From Eledone cirrhosa (taxonomy: Eukaryota), in assembly GCA_964016885.1 (NCBI GenBank), contig OZ024744.1, positions 20,894,001 through 20,958,000 on the forward strand: a DNA stretch of 64,000 bases, written 5' to 3'. A program made the position numbers and the translations under genes. Below are positions 13,401-28,100 of the stretch, one piece after another. Positions within the stretch are counted from its first letter, which is position 1. Each line of letters starts with the position of its first letter. Under the pieces are notes generated by a model, which saw nothing but the letters and a program-made list of their open reading frames with translations, searched no databases and was not told the origin of the DNA.

Positions 13401-16400
13401 CAAACTTAAGAAATGACTCGTTTTAACAACAGTTGAATCTTATGAACTGACTCGTTTTAACAACAGTTGAATCTTAAGATAAAACTCGTTTTAACAACAG
13501 TTGAATCTTATGAGCTAACTCATTTTAACAACAGTTGAATCTTAAGTTAAGACTCGTTTTAACAACAGTTGAATCTTAAGAACTGACTCGTTTTAACAAC
13601 AGCTGAATCTTAAGATAAAACTCGTTTTAACAACAGTTGAATCTTAAGATAAAACTCGTTTTAACAACAGTTGAATCTTAAGTACTGACTTGTTTTAACA
13701 ACAGTTGAATCTTAAGATAAACCTCGTTTTAACAACAGTTGAATCTTAAGATAAAACTCGTTTTAACAACAGTTGAATCTTATGAACTAACTCATTTTAA
13801 CAACAGTTGAATCTTAAGTTAAGACTCGTTTTAACAACAGTTGAATCTTAAGAACTGACTCGTTTTAAAACAGTTGAATCGGTTGATCTGACTCGTTTTA
13901 ACAACAGTTGAATCTTAAAATAAAACTCGTATTAACAATAGTTGAATGTCAAGAAATGACTCGTTTTAGCAACAGTTGAATCTTAATAACTGACTCGTTT
14001 TAACAACAGTTGAATGTTAAGATAAAACTCGTTTTAACAATAGTTGAATCTTAAGAACTGACTCGTTTTAACAACAGTTGAATCTTAAGATAAAACTCGT
14101 TTTAACAACAGTTGAATCTCAAGAAATGACTCGTTTTAACAACAGCTGAATCTTAAGATAAAACTCGTTTTAACAACAGTTCAAACTTAAGAAATGACTC
14201 GTTTTAACAAAAGTTGAATATTATGAACTCACTCATTTTAACAACAGTTGAATCTTAAGATAACATTCGTTTTAACAACAGTTGAATCTTAAGAACTGAT
14301 TCGTTTTAACAACAGTTGAATCTTAAGATAAAACTCGTTTTAACAACAGTTGAATCTTAAGAACGGACTCGTTTTAACAACAGCTGAATCTTAAGATAAA
14401 ACTCGTTTTAACAACAGCTGAATCTTAAGATAAAACTCGTTTTAACAACAGTTGAATCTTAAGATAAAACTCGTTTTAACAACAGTTGAATCTTAAGTAC
14501 TGACTTGTTTTAACAACAGTTGAATCTTAAGATAAAACTCGTTTTAACAACAGTTGAATCTTATGAGCTAACTCATTTTAACAACAGTTGAATCTTAAGT
14601 TAAGACTCGTTTTAACAACAGTTGAATCTTAAGAACTGACTCGTTTTAACGACAGCTGAATCTTAAGATAAAACTTGTTTTAACAACAGTTGAATCTTAA
14701 AGATAAAACTCGCTTTAACAACAGTTGAATCTTAAGAACTGACTCGTTTTAACAACAGTTGAATCTTAAGACAAAACCCGTTTTAACAACAGTTGAATCT
14801 TAAGAACTGTCTCGTTTTAACAACAGTTGAATCCTAAGATAAACCTCGTTTTAACAACAGATTAATCTTAAGAACTGACTCGTTCTAACAACAGTTGAAT
14901 CTTAAGACAAAACTCGTTTTAACAACAGATTAATCTTAAGAACTGACTTGTTCTAACAACAGTTCAGCCTCAAGAACTGACTCGTTTTAAAACAGTTGAA
15001 TCGTTAGATCTGACTCGTTTTAACAACAGTTGAATCTTAAAATAAAACTCGTTTTAACAATAGTTGAATCTCAAGAACTGACTCGTTTTAGCAACAGTTG
15101 AATCTTAATAACTGACTCGTTTTAACAACAGTTGAATGTTAAGATAAAACTCGTTTAAGAATAGTTGAATCTTAAGAACTGACTCGTTTTAACAACAGTT
15201 GAATCTTAAGATAAAACTCGTTTTAACAACTGTTGAATCTTAAGAACTGACTCGTTTTAACAACAGTTGAATCTTCAAATAAAACTCGTTTTAACAACAG
15301 TTGAATCTTAAGAACTGACTCGTTTTAAAAACAGTTGAATGTTAAGATAAAACTCGTTTTAAAAATAGTTGAATCTTAAGAACTGACTCGTTTTAACAAC
15401 AGTTGAATCTTAAGATAAAACTCGTTTTAACAACAGTTGAATCTTAAGAACTGACTCATTTTAACAACAGTTGAATATTATGAACTCACTCATTTTAACA
15501 ACACTTGAATCTTAAGATAACATTCGTTTTAACAACAGTTGAATCTTAAGAACTGATTCGTTTTAACAACAGTTGAATCTTAAGATAAAACTCGTTTTAA
15601 CAACAGTTGAATCTTAAGAACGGACTCGTTTTAACAACAGCTGAATTTTAAGATAAAACTCGTTTTAACAACAGTTGAATCTTAAGAACTGATTCGTTTT
15701 AACAACAGTTCAAACTTAAGAACTGATTCGTTTTAACAACAGTTGAATCTTATGAACTGACTCATTTTAACAACAGTTGAATCTTAAGATAACATTCGTT
15801 TTAACAACAGTTGAATCTTAAGAACTGACTCGTTTTAACAACAGTTGAATCTTAAGATAAAACTCGTTTTAACAACAGTTGATTCTTAAGAACTGACTCG
15901 TTTTAACAACAGCTGAATCTTAAGATAAAACTCGTTTTAACAACAGTTGTATCTTATGAACTGACTCATTTTAACAACAGTTGAATCTTAAGAACTGATT
16001 CGTTTTAACAACAGTTGAATCTTAAGATAAAACTCGTTTTAACAACAGTTGAATCTTAAGAACTGACTCGTTTTAACAACAGCTGAATCTTAAGATAAAA
16101 CTCGTTTTAACAACAGTTGAATCTTAAGAACTGACTCGTTTTAACGACAGCTGAATCTTAAGATAAAACTCGTTTTAACAACAGTTGGATCTTAAGAACT
16201 GACTCGTTTTAACAACAGTTGAATCTTACGATAAAACTCGTTTTAACAACAGTTGAATCTTATGAACTAACTCATTTTAACAACAGTTGAATCTTAAGTT
16301 AAGACTCGTTTTAACAACAGTTGAATCTTAAGAACTGACTCGTTTTAACAACAGTTGAATCTTAAGACAAAACCCGTTTTAACAACAGTTGAATCTTAAG

Positions 16401-17191
16401 AAATGTCTCGTTTTAACAACAGTTGAATCTTAAGATAAACCTCGTTTTAACAACAGTTTAATCTTAAGAACTGACTCGTTTTAACAACAGTTGAATCTTA
16501 AGACAAAACTCGTTTTAACAACAGTTGAATCTTAAGAACTGACTTGTTCTAACAACAGTTCAGCCTTAAGAACTGACTCGTTTTAAAACAGTTGAATCGT
16601 TAGAATCGACTCGTTTTAACAACAGTTGAATCTTAAAATAAAACTCGTTTTAACAATAGTTGAATCTCAAGAACTGACTCGTTTTAGCAACAGTTGAATC
16701 TTAAGATAACACTCGTTTTCATAACAGTTGAATCTTAAGAACTGTCTCGTTTTAACAACAGTTGAATTTTAAGATAAACCTCGTTTTGACAACAGGTGAA
16801 TCTTAAGAACTGACTCGTTTTAACAACAGTTAAATCTTAATAACTGACTCGTTTTAACAACAGTTGAATCTTCAAATAAAACTCGTTTTAACAACAGTTG
16901 AATCTTAAGAACTGTCTCGTTTTAACAACAGTTGAATCTTAAGATAAAACTCGTTTTAACAACAGTTGAATCTTAAGATAAAACTCGTTTTAACAACAGT
17001 TGAATCTTATGAGCTAACTCATTTTAACAACAGTTGAATCTTAAGTTAAGACTCGTTTTAACAACAGTTGAATCTTAAGAACTGACTCGTTTTAACAACA
17101 GCTGAATCTTAAGATAAAACTCGTTTTAACAACAGTTGAATCTTAAGAACTGACTCGTTTTAACAACAGCTGAATCTTAAGATAAAACTCG

Positions 17192-19933
17192 TTTTAACAA
17201 CAGTTGAATCTTAAGTTAAGACTCGTTTTAACAACAGTTGAATCTTAAGAACTGACTCGTTTTAACGACAGCTGAATCTTAAGACAAAACCCGTTTTAAC
17301 AACAGTTGAATCTTAAGAACTGTCTCGTTTTAACAACAGTTGAATCTTAAGATAAACCTCGTTTTAACAACAGTTTAATCTTAAGAACTGACTCGTTTTA
17401 ACAACAGTTGAATCTTAAGACAAAACTCGTTTTAACAACAGTTGAATCTTAAGAACTGACTTGTTCTAACAACAGTTCAGCCTTAAGAACTGACTCGTTT
17501 TAAAACAGTTGAATCGTTAGAACTGACTCGTTTTAACAACAGTTGAATCTTAAAATAAAACTCGTTTTAACAATAGTTGAATCTCAAGAACTGACTCGTT
17601 TTAGCAACAGTTGAATCTTAAGATAACACTCGTTTTCATAACAGTTGAATCTCAAGAACTGTCTCGTTTTAACAACAGTTGACTTTTAAGATAAACCTCG
17701 TTTTGACAACAGTTGAATCTTAAGAACTGACTCGTTTTAACAACAGTTAAATCTTAATAACTGACTCGTTTTAACAACAGTTGCATGTTAAGATAAAACT
17801 CGTTTTAACAATAGTTGAATCTTAAGAACTGACTCGTTTTAACAACAGTTGAATCTTAAGATAAAACTCGTTTTAACAACTGTTGAATCTTAAGAACTGA
17901 CTTGTTTTAACAACAGCTGAATCTTAAGATAAAACTCGTTTTAACAACAGTTGAATCTTAAGAACTGACTCGTTTTAACAACAGTTGAATCTTCAAATAA
18001 AACTCGTTTTAACAACAGTTGAATCTTAAGAACTGACTCGTTTTAACAACAGTTGAATGTTAAGATAAAACCCGTTTTAACAATAGTGGAATCTTAAGAA
18101 CTGACTCGTTTTAACAACAGTTGAATCTTAAGATAAAACTCGTTTTAACAACAGTTGAATCTTAACAACTGACTCTTTTTAACAACAGCTGAATCTTAAG
18201 ATAAAACTCGTTTTAACAACAGTTCAAACTTAAGAAATGACTCGTTTTAACAAAAGTTGAATCTTATGAACTCACTCATTGTAACAACAGTTGAATCTTA
18301 AGATAACATTCGTTTTAACAACAGTTGAATCTTAAGAACTCATTCGTTTTAACAACAGTTGAATCTTAAGATAAAACTCGTTTTAACAACACGTGAATCT
18401 TAAGAACGGACTCGTTTTAACAACACCTGAATCTTAAGATAAAACTCGTTTTAACAACAGTTGAATCTTAAGAACTGATTCGTTTTAACAACAGTTCAAA
18501 CTTAAGAACTGACTCGTTTTAACAACAGTTGAATCTTATGAACTGACTCATTTTAACAACAGTTGAATCTTAAGTTAAGACTCGTTTTAACAACAGTTGT
18601 ATCTTAAGAACTGACTCGTTTTAACGACAGCTGAATCTTAAGACAAAACCCGTTTTAACAACAGTTGAATCTTAAGAACTGTCTCGTTTTAACAACAGTT
18701 GAATCTTAAGATAAACCTCGTTTTAACAACAGTTTAATCTTAAGAACTGACTCGTTTTAACAACAGTTGAATCTTAAGACAAAACTCGTTTTAACAACAG
18801 TTGAATCTTAAGAACTGACTTGTTCTAACAACAGTTCAGCCTTAAGAACTGACTCGTTTTAAAACAGTTGAATCGTTAGAACTGACTCGTTTTAACAACA
18901 GTTGAATCTTAAAATAAAACTCGTTTTAACAATAGTTGAATCTCAAGAACTGACTCGTTTTAGCAACAGTTGAATCTTAAGATAACACTCGTTTTCATAA
19001 CAGTTGAATCTCAAGAACTGTCTCGTTTTAACAACAGTTGACTTTTAAGATAAACCTCGTTTTGACAACAGTTGAATCTTAAGAACTGACTCGTTTTAAC
19101 AACAGTTAAATCTTAATAACTGACTCGTTTTAACAACAGTTGCATGTTAAGATAAAACTCGTTTTAACAATAGTTGAATCTTAAGAACTGACTCGTTTTA
19201 ACAACAGTTGAATCTTAAGATAAAACTCGTTTTAACAACTGTTGAATCTTAAGAACTGACTTGTTTTAACAACAGCTGAATCTTAAGATAAAACTCGTTT
19301 TAACAACAGTTGAATCTTAAGAACTGACTCGTTTTAACAACAGTTGAATCTTCAAATATAACTCGTTTTAACAACAGTTGAATCTTAAGAACTGACTCGT
19401 TTTAACAACAGTTGAATGTTAAGATAAAACCCGTTTTAACAATAGTGGAATCTTAAGAACTGACTCGTTTTAACAACAGTTGAATCTTAAGATAAAACTC
19501 GTTTTAACAACAGTTGAATCTTAACAACTGACTCTTTTTAACAACAGCTGAATCTTAAGATAAAACTCGTTTTAACAACAGTTCAAACTTAAGAAATGAC
19601 TCGTTTTAACAAAAGTTGAATCTTATGAACTCACTCATTGTAACAACAGTTGAATCTTAAGATAACATTCGTTTTAACAACAGTTGAATCTTAAGAACTC
19701 ATTCGTTTTAACAACAGTTGAATCTTAAGATAAAACTCGTTTTAACAACACGTGAATCTTAAGAACGGACTCGTTTTAACAACACCTGAATCTTAAGATA
19801 AAACTCGTTTTAACAACAGTTGAATCTTAAGAACTGATTCGTTTTAACAACAGTTCAAACTTAAGAACTGACTCGTTTTAACAACAGTTGAATCTTATGA
19901 ACTGACTCATTTTAACAACAGTTGAATCTTAAG
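17192..19933. repeat. Tandem duplication, period 1,359 bp (40 monomers -1 bp)
   Basis: TTGCATGTTA at 17781/19140 and the CATTGTAAC variant at 18281/19640; GAACTCATTCG and CAACTGACTCTTTTT occur in both copies. Junction near 18551. Confidence 0.92.
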
Positions 19934-22900
19934 ATAACATTCGTTTTAACAACAGTTGAATCTTAAGAACTGACTCGTTTTAACAACAGTTGAATCTTAA
20001 GACAAAACCCGTTTTAACAACAGTTGAATCATAAGAACTGTCTCGTTTTAACAACAGTTGAATCTTAAGATAAACCTCGTTTTAACAACAGTTTAATCTT
20101 AAGAACTGACTCGTTTTAACAACAGTTGAATCTTAAGACAAAACTCGTTTTAACAACAGTTGAATCTTAAGAACTGACTTGTTCTAACAACAGTTCAGCC
20201 TTAAGAACTGACTCGTTTTAAAACAGTTGAATCGTTAGAACTGACTCGTTTTAACAACAGTTGAATCTTAAAATAAAACTCGTTTTAACAATAGTTGAAT
20301 CTCAAGAACTGACTCGTTTTAGCAACAGTTGAATCTTAAGATAACACTCGTTTTCATAACAGTTGAATCTTAAGAACTGTCTCGTTTTAACAACAGTTGA
20401 ATTTTAAGATAAACCTCGTTTTGACAACAGTTGAATCTTAAGAAATGACTCGTTTTAACAACAGTTAAATCTTAATAATTGACTCGTTTTAACAACAGTT
20501 GAATCTTAAGATAAAACTCGTTTTAACAACAGTTGAATCTTAAGAACTGACTCGTTTTAACAACAGTTGAATGTTAAGATAAAACTCGTTTTAACAATAG
20601 TGGAATGTTAAGAACTGACTCGTTTTAACAACAGTTGAATCTTAAGATAAAACTCGTTTTAACAACAGTTGAATCTTAAGAACTGACTCGTTTTAACAAC
20701 AGCTGAATCTTAAGATAAAACTCGTTTTAACAACAGTTCAAACTTAAGAAATGACTCGTTTTAACAAAAGTTGAATCTTATGAACTCACTCATTTTAACA
20801 ACAGTTGAATCTTAAGATAACATTCGTTTTAACAACAGTTGAATCTTAAGAATTGATTCGTTTTAACAACAGTTGAATCTTAAGATAAAACTCGTTTTAA
20901 CAACAGTTGAATCTTAAGAACGGACTCGTTTTAACAACAGCTGAATCTTAAGATGAAACTCGTTTTAACAACAGTTGAATCTTAAGAACTGATTCGTTTT
21001 AACAACAGTTCAAACTTAAGAACTGATTCGTTTTAACAACAGTTGAATCTTATGAACTGACTCATTTTAACAACAGTTGAATCTTAAGATAACATTCGTT
21101 TTAACAACAGTTGAATCTTACGAACTGACTCGTTTTAACAACAGTTGAATCTTAAGAACTGATTCGTTTTAACAACAGCTGAATCTTAAGATAAAACTCG
21201 TTTTAACAACAGTTGAATCTTAAGAACTGACTCGTTTTAACAACAGCTGAATCTTAAGATAAAACTCGTTTTAACAACAGTTGAATCTTAAGAACTGACT
21301 CGTTTTAACAACAGCTGAATCTTAAGATAAAACTCGTTTTAACAACAGTTGAATCTTAAGATAAAACTCGTTTTAACAACAGTTGAATCTTAAGAACTGA
21401 CACTTTTTAACAACAGTTGAATCTTAAGATAAAACTCGTTTTAACAACAGTTGAATCTTATGAGCTAACTCATTTTAACAACAGTTGAATCTTAAGTTAA
21501 GACTCGTTTTAACAACAGTTGAATCTTAAGAACTGACTCGTTTTAACAACAGCTGAATCTTAAGATAAAACTCGTTTTAACAACAGTTGAATCTTAAGAA
21601 CTGACTCGTTTTAACAACAGCTGAATCTTAAGATAAAACTCGTTTTAACAACAGTTGAATCTTAAGATAAAACTCGTTTTAACAACAGTTGAATCTTAAG
21701 TACTGACTCGTTTTAACAACAGTTGAATCTTATGATAAAACTCGTTTTAACAACAGTTGAATCTTATGAGCTAACTCATTTTAACAATAGTTGAATCTTA
21801 AGTTAAGACTCGTTTTAACAACAGTTGAATCTTAAGAACTGACTCGTTTTAACGACAGCTGAATCTTAAGACAAAACCCGTTTTAACAACAGTTGAATCT
21901 TAAGAACTGTCTCGTTTTAACAACAGTTGAATCTTAAGATAAACCTCGTTTTAACAACAGTTTAATCTTAAGAACTGACTCGTTTTAACAACAGTTGAAT
22001 CTTAAGACAAATCTCGTTTTAACAACAGTTGAATCTTAAGAACTGACTTGTTCTAACAACAGTTCAGCCTTAAGAACTGACTCGTTTTAAAACAGTTGAA
22101 TCGTTAGAACTGACTCGTTTTAACAACAGTTGAATCTTAAAACAAAACTCGTTTTAACAATAGTTGAATCTCAAGAACTGACTCGTTTTAGCAACAGTTG
22201 AATCTTAAGATAACACTCGTTTTCATAACAGTTGAATCTTAAGAACTGTCTCGTTTTAACAACAGTTGAATTTTAAGATAATCCTCGTTTTAACAACAGC
22301 TGAATCTTAAGATAAAACTCGTTTTAACAACAGTTCAAACTTAAGAAATGACTCGTTTTAACAAAAGTTGAATCTTATGAACTCACTCATTTTAACAACA
22401 GTTGAATCTTAAGATAACATTCGTTTTAAAAACAGTTGAATCTTAAGAACTGATTCGTTTTAACAACAGTTGAATCTTAAGATAAAACTCGTTTTAACAA
22501 CAGTTGAATCTTAAGAACGGACTCGTTTTAACAACACCTGAATCTTAAGATAAAACTCGTTTTAACAACAGTTGAATCTTAAGAACTGATTCGTTTTAAC
22601 AACAGTTCAAACTTAAGAACTGACTCGTTTTAACAACAGTTGAATCTTATGAACTGACTCATTTTAACAACAGTTGAATCTTAAGATAACATTCGTTTTA
22701 ACAACAGTTGAATCTTAAGAACTGACTCGTTTTAACAACAGTTGAATCTTAAAGATAAAACTCGTTTCGACAACAGTTGAATCTTAAAGAACTGACTCGT
22801 TTTAACAACAGCTGAATCTTAAGATAAAACTCGTTTTAACAACAGTTGAATCTTAAGAACTGACTCGTTTTAACGACAGCTGAATCTTAAGATAAAACTC

Positions 22901-25118
22901 GTTTTAACAACAGTTCAAACTTAAGAAATGACTCGTTTTAACAACAGTTGAATCTTATGAACTGACTCATTTTAACAACAGTTGAATCTTAAGAACTGAT
23001 TCGTTTTAACAACAGTTGAATCTTAAGATAAAACTCGTTTTAACAACAGTTGAATCTTAAGAACTTACTCGTTTTAACAACAGTTGAATCTTAAGATAAA
23101 ACTCGTTTTAACAACAGTTGAATCTTAAGAACTGACTCGTTTTAACAACAGCTGAATCTTAAGATAAAACTCGTTTTAACAACAGTTGAATCTTAAGATA
23201 AAACTCGTTTTAACAACAGTTGAATCTTAAGAACTGACTCCTTTTAACAACAGTTGAATCTTAAGATAAAACTCGTTTTAACAACAGTTGAATCTTATGA
23301 GCTAACTCATTTTAACAACAGTTGAATCTTAAGTTAAGACTCGTTTTAACAACAGTTGAATCTTAAGAACTGACTCGTTTTAACAACAGCTGAATCTTAA
23401 GATAAAACTCGTTTTAACAACAGTTGAATCTTAAGAACTGACTCGTTTTAACAACAGCTGAATCTTAAGATAAAACTCGTTTTAACAACAGTTGAATCTT
23501 AAGATAAAACTCGTTTTAACAACAGTTGAATCTTAAGTACTGACTTGTTTTAACAACAGTTGAATCTTAAGATAAAACTCGTTTTAACAACAGTTGAATC
23601 TTATGAACTAACTCATTTTAACAACAGTTGAATCTTAAGTTAAGACTCGTTTTAACAACAGTTGAATCTTAAGAACTGACTCCTTTTAACAACAGTTGAA
23701 TCTTAAGACAAAATTCATTTTAACAACAGTTGAATCTTAAGAACTGACTTGTTCTAACAACAGTTCAGTCTCAAGAATTGACTCGTTTTAAAACAGTTGA
23801 ATCGTTTGATCTGACTCGTTTTAACAACAGTTGAATCTTAAAATAAAACTCGTATTAACAATAGTTGAATCTCAAGAAATGACTCGTTTTAGCAACAGTT
23901 GAATCTTAATAACTGACTCATTTTAACAACAGTTGAATGTTAAGATAAAACTCGTTTTAACAACAGTTGAATCTTAAGATAAAACTCGTTTTAACAACAG
24001 TTGAATCTTAAGAAATGACTCGTTTTAACAACAGCTGAATCTTAAGATAAAACTTGTTTTAACAACAGTTCAAACTTAAGAAATGACTCGTTTTAACAAA
24101 AGTTGAATATTATGAACTCACTCATTTTAACAACAGTTGAATCTTAAGATAACAATCGTTTTAACAACAGTTGAATCTTAAGAACTGATTCGTTTTAACA
24201 ACAGTTGAATCTTAAGATAAAACTCGTTTTAACAACAGTTGAATCTTAAGAACGGACTCGTTTTAACAACAGCTGAATCTTAAGATAATACTCGTTTTAA
24301 CAACAGCTGAATCTTAAGATAAAACTCGTTTTAACAACAGTTGAATCTTAAGATAAAACTCCTTTTAACAACAGTTGAATCTTAAGAACTGACTCGTTTT
24401 AACAACAGTTGAATCTTAAGATAAAACTCGTTTTAACAACAGTTGAATCTTATGAGCTAACTCATTTTAACAACAGTTGAATCTTAAGTTAAGACTCGTT
24501 TTAACAACAGTTGAATCTTAAGAACTGACTCGTTTTAACAACAGCTGAATCTTAAGATAAAACTCGTTTTAACAACAGTTGAATCTTAAGAACTGACTCG
24601 TTTTAACAACAGCTGAATCTTAAGATAAAACTCGTTTTAACAACAGTTGAATCTTAAGTACTGACTTGTTTTAACAACAGTTGAATCTTAAGTTAAGACT
24701 CGTTTTAACAACAGTTGAATCTTAAGAACTGACTCGTTTTAACGACAGCTGAATCTTAAGATAAAACTTGTTTTAACAACAGTTGAATCTTAAAGATAAA
24801 ACTCGCTTTAACAACAGTTGAATCTTAAGAACTGACTCGTTTTAACAACAGTTGAATCTTAAGACAAAACCCGTTTTAACAACAGTTGAATCTTAAGAAC
24901 TGTCTCGTTTTAACAACAGTTGAATCCTAAGATAAACCTCGTTTTAACAACAGATTAATCTTAAGAACTGACTCGTTCTAACAACAGTTGAATCTTAAGA
25001 CAAAACTCGTTTTAACAACAGTTGAATCTTAAGAACTGACTTGTTCTAACAACAGTTCAGCCTCAAGAACTGACTCGTTTTAAAACAGTTGAATCGTTAG
25101 ATCTGACTCGTTTTAACA

Positions 25119-28100
25119 ACAGTCGAATCTTAAAATAAAACTCGTTTTAACAATAGTTGAATCTCAAGAACTGACTCGTTTTAGCAACAGTTGAATCTTA
25201 ATAACTGACTCGTTTTAACAACAGTTGAATGTTAAGATAAAACTCGTTTAAGAATAGTTGAATCTTAAGAACTGACTCGTTTTAACAACAGTTGAATCTT
25301 AAGATAAAACTCGTTTTAACAACTGTTGAATCTTAAGAACTGACTCGTTTTAACAACAGTTGAATCTTCAAATAAAACTCGTTTTAACAACAGTTGAATC
25401 TTAAGAACTGACTCGTTTTAACAACAGTTGAATGTTAAGATAAAACTCGTTTTAAAAATAGTTGAATCTTAAGAACTGACTCGTTTTAACAACAGTTGAA
25501 TCTTAAGATAAAACTCGTTTTAACAACAGTTGAATCTTAAGAACTGACTCATTTTAACAACAGTTGAATATTATGAACTCACTCATTTTAACAACACTTG
25601 AATCTTAAGATAACATTCGTTTTAACAACAGTTGAATCTTAAGAACTGATTCGTTTTAACAACAGTTGAATCTTAAGATAAAACTCGTTTTAACAACAGT
25701 TGAATCTTAAGAACGGACTCGTTTTAACAACAGCTGAATCTTAAGATAAAACTCGTTTTAACAACAGTTGAATCTTAAGAACTGATTCGTTTTAACAACA
25801 GTTCAAACTTAAGAACTGATTCGTTTTAACAACAGTTGAATCTTATGAACTGACTCATTTTAACAACAGTTGAATCTTAAGATAACATTCGTTTTAACAA
25901 CAGTTGAATCTTAAGAACTGACTCGTTTTAACAACAGTTGAATCTTAAGATAAAACTCGTTTTAACAACAGTTGATTCTTAAGAACTGACTCGTTTTAAC
26001 AACAGCTGAATCTTAAGATAAAACTCGTTTTAACAACAGTTGAATCTTATGAACTGACTCATTTTAACAACAGTTGAATCTTAAGAACTGATTCGTTTTA
26101 ACAACAGTTGAATCTTAAGATAAAACTCGTTTTAACAACAGTTGAATCTTAAGAACTGACTCGTTTTAACGACAGCTGAATCTTAAGATAAAACTCGTTT
26201 TAACAACAGTTGGATCTTAAGAACTGACTCGTTTTAACAACAGTTGAATCTTACGATAAAACTCGTTTTAACAACAGTTGAATCTTATGAACTAACTCAT
26301 TTTAACAACAGTTGAATCTTAAGTTAAGACTCGTTTTAACAACAGTTGAATCTTAAGAACTGACTCGTTTTAACAACAGTTGAATCTTAAGACAAAACCC
26401 GTTTTAACAACAGTTGAATCTTAAGAACTGTCTCGTTTTAACAACAGTTGAATCTTAAGATAAACCTCGTTTTAACAACAGTTTAATCTTAAGAACTGAC
26501 TCGTTTTAACAACAGTTGAATCTTAAGACAAAACTCGTTTTAACAACAGTTGAATCTTAAGAACTGACTTGTTCTAACAACAGTTCAGCCTTAAGAACTG
26601 ACTCGTTTTAAAACAGTTGAATCGTTAGAACTGACTCGTTTTAACAACAGTTGAATCTTAAAATAAAACTCGTTTTAACAATAGTTGAATCTCAAGAACT
26701 GACTCGTTTTAGCAACAGTTGAATCTTAAGATAACACTCGTTTTCATAACAGTTGAATCTTAAGAACTGTCTCGTTTTAACAACAGTTGAATTTTAAGAT
26801 AAACCTCGTTTTGACAACAGTTGAATCTTAAGAACTGACTCGTTTTAACAACAGTTAAATCTTAATAACTGACTCGTTTTAACAACAGTTGAATGTTAAG
26901 ATAAAACTCGTTTTAACAATAGTTGCATCTTAAGAACTGACTCGTTTTAACAACAGTTGAATCTTAAGATAAAACTCGTTTTAACAACTGTTGAATCTTA
27001 AGAACTGACTCGTTTTAACAACAGCTGAATCTTAAGATAAAACTCGTTTTAACAACAGTTGAATCTTAAGAACTGACTCGTTTTAACAACAGTTGAATCT
27101 TCAAATAAAACTCGTTTTAACAACAGTTGAATCTTAAGAACTGACTCGTTTTAACAACAGTTGAATGTTAAGATAAAACTCGTTTTAACAATAGTGGAAT
27201 CTTAAGAACTGACTCGTTTTAACAACAGTTGAATCTTAAGATAAAACTCGTTTTAACAACAGTTGAATCTTAAGAACTGACTCGTTTTAACAACAGCTGA
27301 ATCTTAAGATAAAACTCGTTTTAACAACAGTTCAAACTTAAGAAATGACTCGTTTTAACAAAAGTTGAATCTTATGAACTCACTCATTTTAACAACAGTT
27401 GAATCTTAAGATAACATTCGTTTTAACAACAGTTGAATCTTAAGATAAAACTCGTTTTAACAACACGTGAATCTTAAGAACGGACTCGTTTTAACAACAC
27501 CTGAATCTTAAGATAAAACTCGTTTTAACAACAGTTGAATCTTAAGAACTGATTCGTTTTAACAACAGTTCAAACTTAAGAACTGACTCGTTTTAACAAC
27601 AGTTGAATCTTATGAACTGACTCATTTTAACAACAGTTGAATCTTAAGATAACATTCGTTTTAACAACAGTTGAATCTTAAGAACTGACTCGTTTTAACA
27701 ACAGTTGAATCTTAAAGATAAAACTCGTTTCGACAACAGTTGAATCTTAAGATAAAACTCGTTTTAACAACAGTTGAATCTTAAGAACTGACTCGTTTTA
27801 ACGACAGCTGAATCTTAAGATAAAACTCGTTTTAACAACAGTTCAAACTTAAGAAATGACTCGTTTTAACAACAGTTGAATCTTATGAACTGACTCATTT
27901 TAACAACAGTTGAATCTTAAGAACTGATTCGTTTTAACAACAGCTGAATCTTAAGATAAAACTCGTTTTAACAACAGTTGAATCTTAAGAACTGACTCGT
28001 TTTAACAACAGCTGAATCTTAAGATAAAACTCGTTTTAACAACAGTTGAATCTTAAGAACTGACTCGTTTTAACAACAGCTGAATCTTAAGATAAAACTC

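Larger units (their letters stand above)
1..20430. repeat. Large duplication, copy 1 (left end outside the window)
   Basis: Rare variants recur at fixed offsets: ACAGTCGAAT 1/25119 and ATAGTTGCAT 1801/26919 (offset 25118); AACAACGTTG 10671/35925 (25254); GGTTGATCTG 13881/39237 and the GAATCATAAG variant 20031/45387 (25356). Colinearity stops at about 20431/45787. Confidence 0.95.
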
